This document shows positions 1 through 12,400 of a stretch of 64,000 nucleotides of DNA, piece by piece; the first letter of the stretch is position 1, and each line of letters starts with the position of its first letter. The stretch spans positions 1 through 64,000 of the forward strand of contig CAUYUJ010000229.1 in NCBI GenBank assembly GCA_963575745.1, read 5' to 3'. This DNA comes from Prorocentrum cordatum (lineage: Eukaryota). The translations under genes and the position numbers were made by a program. Under the pieces are notes generated by a model. It was not told where the DNA came from and did no database searches. It was given only the letters and a program-made list of their open reading frames with translations.

Positions 1-552
1 GCGGCCGCGGCTGGGAGGGGGAAACTATCGCGAATTTTTCGCGATAGTTTTCTTCTTCCAGCCGCGGCCGCGGCCGCGGCTGCAGCTCTGGCTGTGGCTG
101 CGGCCGCGGCTGGGAGGGGGAAACTATTGCGATTTTTTCGCGGTGGTTTTCTTCTTCCAGCCGCGGCCGCGGCCGCGGCCGCGGCTGCGGCTGCGGCTGC
201 GGCTGGGAGGGGGAAATTATCGCGAATCTGCGCGGCGGTTTTCTTCTTCCAGCCGCGGCCGCGGCCGCGGCTGCGGCTCGGCTGGCGTGGCCGCGGCTGG
301 GAGGGGGAAACTATCGCGATTTTTTCGCGGTGGTTTTCCTTCTTCCAGCCGCGGCCGCGGCCGCGGCTGCGGCTCTGGCTGTGGCTGCGGCCGCGGCTGG
401 GAGGAGGAAATTATCGCGAATTTTTCGCGGTGGTTTTCCTCTTCCAGCCGCGGCCGCGGCCGCGGCTGCGCAGGCGCGGCTGCCGCAGCGGCTGGGAGGG
501 GGAAACTATCGCGAATTTTTCACGGTGGTTTTCTTCTTCCAGCCGCGGCCGC
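1..552 (+). repeat. Tandem array (about 6 units, ~90-100 bp) of hairpin-forming repeats GCTGGGAGGGGGAAACTATCGCGAA-TTT-TTCGCG(A/G)T(A/G)GTTTTCTTCTTCCAGC separated by GCCGCG/GCTGCG runs
   Basis: Units start near 1, 101, 197, 287, 387 and 487. Unit 1 (4-68) folds into a 31-bp stem with 4 G-T pairs and a TTT loop. The array may continue left of the window. Confidence 0.9.
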
Positions 553-1410
<858 letters not shown>

Positions 1411-1448
1411 GGGGGGGGGCCGCCGCCGCCGCGCAGCCTCCACAGGCG

Positions 1449-1488
1449 CTCCTCCTTCCTCTTCCTTTAGGCTCAAGGAGCCTTGAGC
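1449..1488 (+). promoter_or_regulatory. Polypyrimidine tract + AG followed by GCTCAAG: candidate trans-splice acceptor or relic dinoflagellate spliced leader; overlaps the palindrome GCTCAAGG-AG-CCTTGAGC
   Basis: CCTTTAGGCTCAAG at 1464-1477 resembles the 3' part of the dinoflagellate SL (CCATTTTGGCTCAAG). It lies ~115 bp upstream of ATG 1594. Confidence 0.4.
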
Positions 1489-1593
1489 TTCTAGCGCGGC
1501 CCGGGGGTCTGCAGTCGTTCCGCAGGGAGCGGCGGCGGGCTCTGGGGCCTACCTTCGGGGCTAACCCGAGGGAGATCTGCTGTCTCACAGGAG

Positions 1594-3420
1594 ATGGCGG
1601 GGCACCTGGTGAAAGCCCAGGACCTGCTGCTGCCTCCGGGTGGCGGTGGGGGAGCTGGTGCAAGCCTAGCAGAGTCGTGCGTCCCTGCGCGGAGTGCGGC
1701 GCGTCCGGTGGAAACCCGCGACGACCTTCTGCTGCTTCCTCCGGGAGGCGGTGGGGGAGTTGGTGAAAGCCCAGCAGAGCTGTGGCTCCCTCCGGGGACT
1801 GCGGCGTGCCCGGTGAGAACCCGGGAACCTCTCTCTTCAAGACCTGGGCTCTCCTGCCCGGGCCGCCCTTCGGGGTGTGCCTCAGAGCAATCTGAGGAAA
1901 CGCTGGAGCCCGCAGAAGCTTTCGAGCACGCTGTGGGGGAAGGCTCGGCCGCGTACGCGGTTGTGCTCTCGAGTGATCGAGAGAAATGCTGGGTTGATGC
2001 CGGCTCTCCCTCCGCGGGTGCGATGCGCGGACACCCCCGGGTTAACCGCGCCGGGGTTCATCGACACTTCACGGCAGTCGCTCGGGAGTCTCCACTCTCC
2101 GAGAAAGATAGTAGTGAAGGGAACCTCGATCCTACCGAGGCTAAACAAAGGACCTATGCAGCGGGCGCTCGGGAGTCTCCTCTCCCTTGGCAGCTAGCTG
2201 TTGTGGAAGCCCCAGCTCCGGCTGGGCGCCTGGTCGCGCCGCGCTGTGCGGCCGGGGAAAGTCCCGCGAAAGCGGGCCCTGGTTCCCCTCCGGGTTGGCC
2301 TGGTGCCATGGGGACTCGGTGGTTCATCACATCGGGTTACATTAAAGAAAGTTTGGAGGGAATGTCTGTATGTGCGGAAGCGTGGTGTGTCGGTGGCGCG
2401 GCGGGCGCGGTGGGCGGACGCGACTGCGGTCTGCGCTGGGAGGACGAAACGCTCGCCAAATTTTCGCGGGCGTTTTCGGCCCCAGCGCGGGCTGTGCGGC
2501 GCGGGGAGGCCTCTGGGTCAGTGCGCTGGGAGGGGGAAACTATCGCGAATTTTTCGCAACGGTTTTCTGCTCCGGCGTGTGGCCTGCTGGGCCGAGCGGG
2601 CGTTTCGGGAAGGGCGCTCTCGGAGGGGGATGCCCTCGCCGATTTTTCCCGAGGGTCTTCTGCTCCGGGGGCCGCTCGGTGCGGATGTGTCTCTTCGGAG
2701 GCAGCGCGCTGGGAGGGGGAAACTATCGCGAATTTTCTGCGACAGTGTTCCGATTCTGCCGCCAGCGACTGTGACAAGGACGACGAGATTGACGCTGGCG
2801 ACGATTGGTTTGGAGCTGACGACGTTGTCAGGCCAGCCCCGGTTTTGGCTTCCGCTTGGTCACCGGCGTTGGCCTCGGTTCTGTCGCGGCCGTGGCCTCG
2901 GTCCCGGCTCCGTCTGTGCGGGGCGCGGAGCGCGCCCCGCTGCTGGGGGGATCAGTTGAGTGGGAGGACCGGCTGCGTGAGAGCTTGCGCGCAGAGCACG
3001 ACGTGTTCATGGAGGAAGTCGTTGATGATTCCGCCTGGGAGGCGGCGAAGCGCGAGCAGAAAGCGCATCGCAAGGCGTGCCGCGCGTTGCTTCGGAGGTC
3101 GCGCTGCGCGCGGCGGGAGGCGGAGTGGGCGCGGCGGACGGAGGCGGCGGCGGCGCGTAACGAAGAGATGGCGGTCCGTGTCCCGCTTCGGGTCGTGCCG
3201 CGCTCGCTTCCGCGCGATGGGTCGCCGCGTGCGCGCGATGAGTTGCCGCGACGTGCCCGGGTGTCCCGCGCGGCGCTGGGGGGGCGGAGAAGCGCGCGAC
3301 TGCAGCAGTTTCTCAATGCCCGAGCGGCGCGGGCTGTCGATTCGGTGTCCACCCCGCGCGTGGCGCTGCCGTCTCTGGAAGCGCGGGTGTCTGCGCTGTC
3401 AGTCGGGGAGGTTGCGCTGA
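1594..3420 (+). CDS. Upstream ORF, probable N-terminal part of the transposon polyprotein (protein-like to ~2850, then likely joined to the giant ORF by a -1 frame change)
   Basis: ATG start. Contains frame-preserving repeats (2x DLLL(L)PPGGGGG, 2x ARESPL, 4x ~30-aa RWEGETIANFS-type units). Overlaps the giant ORF, whose frame is open from 2820. Confidence 0.5.
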   Translation: MAGHLVKAQDLLLPPGGGGGAGASLAESCVPARSAARPVETRDDLLLLPPGGGGGVGESPAELWLPPGTAACPVRTREPLSSRPGLSCPGRPSGCASEQSEETLEPAEAFEHAVGEGSAAYAVVLSSDREKCWVDAGSPSAGAMRGHPRVNRAGVHRHFTAVARESPLSEKDSSEGNLDPTEAKQRTYAAGARESPLPWQLAVVEAPAPAGRLVAPRCAAGESPAKAGPGSPPGWPGAMGTRWFITSGYIKESLEGMSVCAEAWCVGGAAGAVGGRDCGLRWEDETLAKFSRAFSAPARAVRRGEASGSVRWEGETIANFSQRFSAPACGLLGRAGVSGRALSEGDALADFSRGSSAPGAARCGCVSSEAARWEGETIANFLRQCSDSAASDCDKDDEIDAGDDWFGADDVVRPAPVLASAWSPALASVLSRPWPRSRLRLCGARSAPRCWGDQLSGRTGCVRACAQSTTCSWRKSLMIPPGRRRSASRKRIARRAARCFGGRAARGGRRSGRGGRRRRRRVTKRWRSVSRFGSCRARFRAMGRRVRAMSCRDVPGCPARRWGGGEARDCSSFSMPERRGLSIRCPPRAWRCRLWKRGCLRCQSGRLR

Positions 3421-6400
3421 TTGCAGCTTTAGTTTTCGCTGCGCTGGGTCTGTTCCCGCCAAGGCCACAAGTTCTTTCGGGTGGCCGCGCTGTGACGCGC
3501 GCGATGGCGCGCGCGCGGATGTGGAAAGAGAGAGAGAGCTTCTGGCGCGACGTGGACGCTCCGTCCGATGCGGCGCCGTCTGCCGCGAAGGTTTGGGTCG
3601 CCAAGTGGTTTTACTGTGGCCTGCGTGGGCTCTCCGCGCGGAGGTGCGGGGGGCGGCGCGTGTGCGCGCGCAGGTTCTCCCCCGGCATTGGCATCCGCGC
3701 TGCCAGGGCCAGGGCGGGCCGGGGCGCGGACGAGTGCGTGGGGGGCGCTGCCTGGAGGGCGTCGCAGAGGGCGGGGCAGTGCGTTGGCGATGCGGCTTTG
3801 CGCGTGGCCTGTGTCTTCGCCGCGGTGGGCGGTGTGTCCTGCGATGTGTGTTCCCGCGTGGGACGACTCGGTGCTGCTGGGGGGGTTGGCGCGTCCCGCG
3901 CGTGGCGGCGGCGCCTTCGACGTGGCGTCGCGTCGGGGCGACTCGGAGTCGTTGATGCGGGAGATCGCCTGGGGCCGTGGCGGAACAAGTGTCTGCAATT
4001 GAGTGTCGCTCGGTGCGGGGGTACTGGCGCGCGCGCGCAGGCGGAGTGCTTCTTCGAGTTGCAGTGCGCTAATGATTCCGGAGCTGGGGCGTGCGGTGAC
4101 GCGGCGGAGAAGGCGAACTTTGCTCTCGTGCAGGATTGGCTGGAGTCGCGTGGGGCGATGGTGCGCGTTTATGGGGCGGACGGTGCAGATGCTTTGCTGC
4201 GGGGCGTGTGTTGCGCCGTGTGGGTGCTGGGTTGTCCATGTGGGCACGACTTCGGATCTGTTGTGTGGTATCCCGAGGGCCATGTTGCAGCGGTTGTGGA
4301 TTCGGATGATCGGCTGGGCGCTCGCGTGCGTGTTGGAGATGCGGATGCTGCGCCGTGGCTTCGGTCCGTGGCTGGCGCCCCGAAGGCCGGTATGGGCGGT
4401 GTCAACCCGGATGCCGCGGGGATGAAGCGGCCCCGCCGCGACTTTGCATCTGCGGTCGGCTCTCCTGGTGGCAGCTCGCGTTCTGATGCCGTCTTCATGG
4501 CTCCGTCTCTTGGCGGCCCGCAGCGCGGAGACGGGGATGTGGAGCGTCTGCTGCCAGCAGACGAGGTTTCTAAATCGTCTTCTTCCGCGGGTGTCTCCGG
4601 CGTTCCTCCAGTTGTGCCCGCATCTGCTGCTCCGACCGTATCGGCGCATCTGGACGACGCTGCCGCATCTTTCGCTTCGCCTGTCGTTCCCGACGATGGC
4701 GTCAGGGATTCTGTTGGTCAAAAGTGCGCTTGTGATGGCACGTCGCCGCATTGCAAGTTCGGCCAAATGGTTCTGGGGTCCGGAGGCCATGCTGGTAGGA
4801 AGTGTGGCAATCGAGTGTCGATGAAGGGAGACTGGTGTGGGAAATGTAACGGCCGCTGCCATGGGGGGCAAAGGGGGGGCGCGGTTGGCTGTGTTGCGGA
4901 TATCGCGTCCGCCAGCGACGCCGTCCTCAATCGGGGGGCCGCGTGGGAGTCGTTGCCGCAGCACTTGCGCATGGACCGAGGTGTGGTGTTGCGCGTTGTC
5001 GGAGCTCGGGGGGGGGCTTTGGCTTCGGTACCCATTGAATTCCGAGACGATGTTGAAGTCGTGCTTGCCGCTGTGCGTAGTGATGACTTCGCTTGGGCGT
5101 CCGTGAGCGAACGGTTGCGGCTGGACCCGCGCGTGGTCGAAGAGGTTGCTGGTCAATTGGCTGAGACGGCGGACGAGGTTTCGCATGATGATTGGACCGT
5201 GCTGCCCCAGTTTGCTTCCGTGTTGGTTCGTTCAATGGGGCCCTTGGCCGCGGCGGTGACGAGTCAGCACGTCCGCGATAAGGAACGAATGTGTGTTCTC
5301 CGGCACCTGTGCCCAGCGGATTCTCTCGTGAAGGGTCTCGTTGCGCCGGGCGGCATTCGATTTGCTAGTCCTTCTCTGGCGGAGCGGCAGTGTTTGCAAT
5401 TCCTGGCAGAGAAGTATAAGCTCAAGCCCGAGTTTGTTCACTTCAAGTGCGTCTGGCTGCTTCACATTGCCGTTGCCATCACAGGGATTGCTCCTGCGAG
5501 TGTTCCCATCCATGGTCCGTCTGATGCCGCTGGGGGTGAGAGTGATGGTTTCGTGCTGGGTTCGCTGTACCAGCCGTGTTTGCTGAAGCGCTTCGAGAGG
5601 GGCGTGTCCAATGGTCGGATTACTCCGCTGGGGACGTTCGCGAGGAAGCGGGGGCAGTTTGCCGCGGGTCTTCACAGCCCCGTGCCTGATCTGTCGCCGA
5701 CGACTCTGGCTCATCGCGTCGCTGCGCTGTTCCCGAATGGATCTCTTGCCTCCGAGGATGCGTTTCGTGTGTGGGTGTTCTACGACTTGGTCTTCCGTTT
5801 CTTCGCTGACATCGCTGGCTTCGAAGCGTTCCTCGAGGTCACAGGTGGGTTGTTGCGAGATATCGACGCGTGGGCTCGACGCGCGCGGTTGGTCTTGGCC
5901 GAGTGCCCCTGTCCGGCTTACTTCTGGGGATCTACGAACGACGGGCGCCGGGAGTTCCCCATGGATCTCGTTCGACGTCGCGTGGAAGAGATCGGGTGGT
6001 GCATGTCTTGGCAGGGTGTTTCCGATGCGGATGAGCCAATCGCCCGTGTTTTGGCTTTCGTTGCGTTCCTGGGCGATTGGGCAGTGGGGGCGCGTCGCAT
6101 CGCTGCTGGCGTCATGCGGTTGCAGAGTTCGCGGACTGATTTGCATGCCATCGCCGAAGATATTGCGCTTGATTTTTGTCTGCCAGGGTTTGCTCACGCG
6201 GGAGAATGCCGAAAATTTGAATACTACTGGCCGAAGTTTCCGTTTAGTGACCTCGTGTTGTACTTTCAGGTGTCTCGTGCTTCGCGCGCGTCTGGGCGGT
6301 TCCTCTTGGGTCAGCGGAAGGTTCAGGCTTTGGAAGCCGTTACTTTCAATGGTCGTGGTGGCCGTCTCCCTTTGGTTGCTTTCGACATGGAGCCTTCTCT

Positions 6401-9400
6401 AGGCTTGTACAAGAAGTTGCGCGACCTGGACTCCGATTTACTTCGGTCAGATGCACTGCCCATCAGGGAATGTTGGGTGGGTCCGAGGTGTGTCGACCCA
6501 GCTTTGCTTACTGCGTACGACCCTCAGGTTACGAACTGTATGCTGTGGAAGCATGATGTCTGTGTGTGGAAGCCGCCCAATCAGAGATTCCTCGGTGTGT
6601 CTCGGGACGTCGATGCGTTCTACCGATTCTGGCGCAAGACGTACCGGGTGGAACGGCAAAATGTGTCTGCCCCGCGAGGTGTCCAGGATCCGCTGCTCCC
6701 TCCGCCTGTGCCTGTTTCGTCTCCTTCGGTTCCCGTGCCTTCGCCGTCGTCGGCTGGTGCTGCTTGGTGTTTGCGCGTTCAAGATTCTGCGACTGCAGGG
6801 CGGCTCTCGGTTGTCGACTACGGGAGTGTCTTTGTCGGTTTGCCTCGGAAGTGTTTTCCTCTGTGCATTGCTGCTTCTGGGGGCTCCGCATGGAACATTG
6901 CTGATGCCACTGCTTTTTTTGCTGAGCGTCTGAGCAATGATGTAGGCACTGGCATGGGCGGCGGAGTCGTTGAAAAGGCTAATATGGATCTGGTGCTGCT
7001 GTGGCTTCAGATGCGCAGCGCAGGCTACTGGGTTTTTCGAGCGAAGGCTTCTTCGGATTTTTTTTCTGGGGCGGTTGCAGGTCCATGGTGGCTCGGTGCG
7101 CCTGGCGCGGCGTGTGTCGGTGCGCTCCTCTGGCTCGAGCACGGTCACGTGGTGCGGATCGTGGACGACGATGGGGTTTTTCTTTCTGCCTCATTCTCAG
7201 CTGGGGTGTCTTCTGCGGAATCTGCGGACGCGCCGTGGCTGCGGTCCGTTGCAGGCGCGCCGAAAAAGAAGGCAGCCGCGAAAAGCAAGCGAGGTGCGCA
7301 TTTCCGAGGTGCGCAGAACCCAATTTCGATGGCGGCCGTTGCTGCGCGGCAGCGACGCGCGACTGGTGAGGATGGGGCGCCGTCGTCGTCTGGCGAGGAC
7401 ATGCCAGTCATCCCGGGAGTCACCGTCGACGATGCCGATTCGGGCGATGCTGCGGGGGCGTCCGTGCTTCGTCGACCTGCAGCTGCGGCCGCCACGCATG
7501 GCCGTGCGTCTGGGGACGAGAGCGATTCGGGTGAGGACATGCCGATGCTTCCAGGGGTTACGGTGGAAGAGGATGACGCGGGGGCTGCTCGGGCGCGATC
7601 GGACGCCGTCGCACCGCAGGCAGCGGCTGCGAGGCGCGCTCTTCGGGGCGCGGCTTCGGCCGCGGCGCCGCCGAGCGATTCTGATGGCGAGGAGATGCCT
7701 GTCCTTCCTGGAGTGACCGTGGACGTCGGGGGTGCTGACGATGGTGCAAGCGATGGCAGCGGGCCGGCCGCGCGTCCGCGCGGTGCCCGGAGAGCGCGCC
7801 GGAAGCGCGGGGCCGCGGACGGGGCGCTTGCGTCCGAGGCAGAGTCCCGGCAGTTCCAGCCGGATTACGTGGACGAGGACCGCTGCAAAGGGCTGACGTG
7901 GGGGGGGGGCTGGGGGCGAGAGCAGTGCCGGTTTCGGCCGAAGACGGGGAGCGACGTGTGCGGGAAGTGCGCTCGATATGGGTGCCCGCACGGGCGCGTC
8001 AGGGGCCCGATTCCTGCAGGCGCGTTGGATAAGTTCAAGGAGTTCGCGCTGAAGGCGAACAAGCCATCTAAGCAGTGGTACGCGCGGCACGCGATGTGGG
8101 ACGTGGCGTCGAAGATGAAGCCTGAGCTGAAGTCCTTGTGTGAGGTGGACGAGCACAAGCGATTTGTGTTAACGAACAGTGAGTACGAGCAGTGCCTCAA
8201 GCAAGTCCATGACAATCTCCGAATCCATAAGAACCATGGCCGTTCTGGCTTCGTATACGAGAAGGGGGCAGGGGTGCGGACACTGCAGGATCGCTGCGGG
8301 GAGGGAACTACTCGGTTCGGATCGGAGAGGGAGTCCTACAATGGGCAGCAGGGGGGGAAGGTGTTCATGTGGTACAGCAGGGCGGTCTTCAACAAGTACC
8401 TGGGGCAGCTGCAAGCTTCCGAAATGGATTGTAGCGAGAAGGACTGCGTGGAGGCGTTGCGGTTGACCAGCGAGGAGATTCGGCGGTACCCAATGAAGCA
8501 GCAGTATCTGAGACCGTACGCAGGCCCGCAGTGCTATCCGCACATTGATCCGCGTTCGAAGGAGAACAGGCTGCACGCGAACGAGAGAATGGGGCATGCG
8601 CTGGGAGAGGATCCGCAGGGGGGCGGCGACGGCGGCGCCAGGCCCGAGGCGTGCGGGGGAGCCGACGACGGGGCGTCGCACTTGTTCTGTATGCGGAATT
8701 GGGCGCAGTGCGATCGGTGCCACTGCTGGCGCCTGCTTCTGCCTGCCTGCGCTGCGCGCGCGCGAGGGGATGAGTACTACAGGGTTCGCGACACCGACTT
8801 GGATTGGGAGGGGTGGTTGACGGGGGCGGCGCATCGGTGTGCGGCGGCGGCTGGTGCGTCGAGAGACCAGGGCGCTGCGCTCGGTGGGGGGGGCGGCGAC
8901 GCCGTGGAGGGTGCGATGCAGCAGGGCGGCGGCGCGGACGAGGGCGGCGGTGGGGGGGAGATGCGCGGCGGCGCTCGGAAGCGGCGCCTGGGGCGGAAGA
9001 CATCCGAGGCGGAGGCTGCCGAGCCCGTCGCGGTGCGCGGCGGGGCGCGGAAGCGGCGGTTGGGGCGCAAGACGTCCGAGGCGGAGGCCGCTGCGAGCGG
9101 AGCGGGGCGCAGGGGCGCGGAGGAGGGGCGAGCTGGCGAGGGGGGCGCGGAGGTGCCGGAGGCGCGCCGGGGGCGCCGGAGACTCGAGCGCAAGACGTCC
9201 GCCGAAGAAGGGGCCGAAGCGGGCGGCGCGGTTCGCGGAGCCGTGGACGAGGAGGGCGGTGGCGACGAGACATTCGTCGGCATGGCGGAGTTATCGGCCT
9301 CCGATTGCGACGACGAGCGTTCTGCGTCAGATCATGAGTGCGCCTCGGAAGAAGACGCGGCACCGCTGCCGCGCGAGGTGCGCAGCGCGCTCGATGCGGA

Positions 9401-12400
9401 GCTGGTGCGTTTCGCTGGTGCTGGGCCGCCGACGGAGGCAGACTGGGCAGAGGCGCGAGCGGCCGAGGAGGGGCGCGGGAGCGCGCCGCGCCGCGCGGGA
9501 TTGTCGCGAACCGGAGGTGGGGATGCGCGGGCGTGGGCAGTTGCGTCCGTGCCCCACCTCAAGGACAAGCGGATGGTGGCATTGGTCGGTGCCGTCCGCG
9601 AGTACCTGGTGTTGTGCCGTCAGTGCGACCGGGGTAGTTTTCGGATCCAGGGGTCGGACGGCGATAAGTTGTGGGTTGCGCTGATGGAGCCGGGGCGGCC
9701 AGGACAGTTCGGGCGCGTGCTGCTGGAGCTGGAGGATCGCGCGCGCGGTCGTGGGCCGAGCGCGGAGCGTTCGTCTTGGGAGGCGATAGCCGTGGAGGAG
9801 GATTTCCGTCGTCGCTCGGAGTGGCCCCGAGTGCGTTTCGAGTGTAGTATGTTGCAGACGCCGGTCGTGTCCGAGAGCGGCGGGACGCAGTGGCGGGCGG
9901 TGCGGTGCTGCGATGAGCCGGACGGGGGCGATGCGGACGATTTCCAGGCTCTGTGGCAGCGCGAGTCGCGGGTCGCGGCCGGCTTCGCAGCGAACGTGGT
10001 TCGGGATGACGACGTGGTCGTGTTGCCTGTGGAGCGGCCTGCCGGGTGGACGGAGCCCGCGCACATGGCGGGGGCGTGGTGGCGGGGCCAGGGCCCGCGG
10101 GAGCGCAGAGCAGAGGAGGGGGAGAATCCCGGGCGCGTCTGGGTGGGCCAGCTGCAGGAGGACGCCGGCGTGGCGGGGCTGCTGCCCGAGGGCGGCGCGG
10201 GCGAGCGCACTGCGAAAGAAGGGCTCGACGCGCTGCAGCAGGCCGGTCAGGGAGCGCGGGGGGCGGGTCGCGCGGGTCGTGGCCGGGGGCGCCGAGCGAA
10301 GAAGCGCGGTCGGTACGGGAATGATTTGCGGGCCGTTATTCGGACCAGATGGGCGCCTGGGAGGTCGTCGGAAGGTGCCGGCCCGGGCGTCGCGGAGTCG
10401 TTTGTGTTTGGATCAGCGCCAGAATCGGAGCATTGGGAGATTCGTGTGGAGGCGCGTTTGCGCGAGCGCTGCGGAGGGCGTGTAGACCAACGAGCGCGTG
10501 TTGCTGCAGGGGACGTTCACCAGAAGTGCATGCTGCTGGCGCTGAAGACGGTGCCGCTGCGCGTGGCGAAGTATGACGTGCAGCTGCGCGATGCGTCCGT
10601 GCGGGCCGTGCAGGCGGCGCAGGCGATCCTGACGCGCATGGTGAAGTTCACGTGCCACGAGTGCCAGGAGCGGTTCCCGGCGTTCCACCCTGCCTTCGAG
10701 CCGCCGGACCAGCTGGCGGATGAGATGCTGCTGCTGCGTCGCGGCGGGGACGGGCTGGCTGCGTGCAGCACGGAGGTGGCCGAGTGGGACGAGGTGCCGC
10801 CGAGCGACCCGCCGGATGGCTTCGCCCTGGAGTGCGCGGGCGTGTGCATGCGGTGTAGGCGGGATCTGGACAAGCAGGCGGCGGCCGCGCCCACGGAAGA
10901 CGACCTGTATCAGGTGGTGGGTCTCCGCACCGCGCAGAATCACATGGACCCGTGCTTCCGGTTCCCCTCCGATGACCTGCGCGACCTGTTCGACCAGGCC
11001 ACGCTCACGGAGAGCCTGCTCATTGCTCTGGACCACATGCAGGTGCATCTGGCCACCGTGTCTCGGACAGGGCTGCGCAAGTTCCGCAAGAACATCATCT
11101 CGTTCCCGCAGGATGTGGCCGGGTTCGCGCGGCGTCACGAGCTAATGAAGGGGTACCGCGTCGGGGATCGCGTGAACTCGGTGCGCGGACCTGGCGAGCG
11201 CCCCGACGACCCGCACCGCCCGGAGCGCATTGCCGCGGGGGGCACGGACGAGGAGCGGCAGCGCTTCGGCGTGGACGTGTACGGGCGCCTGGTGTTTCCC
11301 GGTCGGGTCGCGGAGGTGCTGCTCAGTGGGGAAGTGATCATCGACTACGACCATGGCGGCAGGGGGAGGGAGCTTCAGGAGAACGTGGAGCCGCGGGTGA
11401 TGCTGCCCTGGCACCCGAGGAAGGTGCCCTTCAGTCTGATGCTGCGGCGGAACGTTGGTTTCGGGAAGGAGGTGGTCGAGGGCCTGCACGTGCGCTGGCG
11501 CTACTGTGGGCACCTGCTGCGGGCGCTGTGCGCGTTCGCCGGCACGTGCGGGCCCTGGCGCCTGGGCGGCACTGCGAATGAGCCCATGCACAAGTACTAC
11601 GACCCGCGTTTGTTTGATGTGCTGCCGGACGACGACATCATCCGGTGCTATGCGCCGAAGGAGAGCGACGACGGCGCCGTGCTGTCGGGGGACGAGGCGG
11701 GGGAAGCCGAGGGGCCGGGGCCGGTGACTCGGGCGGAGGCCATTGCCAGGGATACTGTTCCGTGTGGCGTCGACGTCGTCACGCCGCGGCAGTTCATTGC
11801 CGCGGGTTTCGACGTGCACTTCGTGGGGCCGCGTGATGAGGCTCAGCGAGGGGCGAGAGTCCGCGACGGCGACGGCGCACAGCGTGGCGACGAGGGCGGC
11901 CAGGACGCCGCGGGCGACGGTGGTGCGATGGAGGCAGATGAGGACCAGTTCGATGTCGGGGACGGAGACGAGGCCATGGCCGTCGATCACGATGTGTTCA
12001 GTGCTTGGCTCGAGAAGGCGCAGTTCAGGTACGGCGGGGCTGTGCAGCGATGGTGGGCGGGGCTGCAGCCGGAGGCGGAGGGTCATTTGGAGGGGCTGAA
12101 GTTTGGTGATGACGAGACGACGGAGGACCTTTTCGGGCGCTTGCTGGACGCGGCGCGGGGGGAGAGCAAAGTGGTGGCCGTGCAGAGGGATCGGGTGCCC
12201 GTGGAGTGCGTGTGCGTCGATTTCCTCGTGCATTGGATGGGGCCGCGGGTCGGGGGGCCGTTCTCTGACCCGGGCGGGGGCGTGACTCCAGAGGCGGTCC
12301 TGGACGATGTGATGCTGGAGTTGGCCATGGCCGGCAGGTTCGTGGGAGCTGCTCAGGACAAGGATACGGGGTGCGTGGAGGAGAATTTGCCGGAGTTTGA

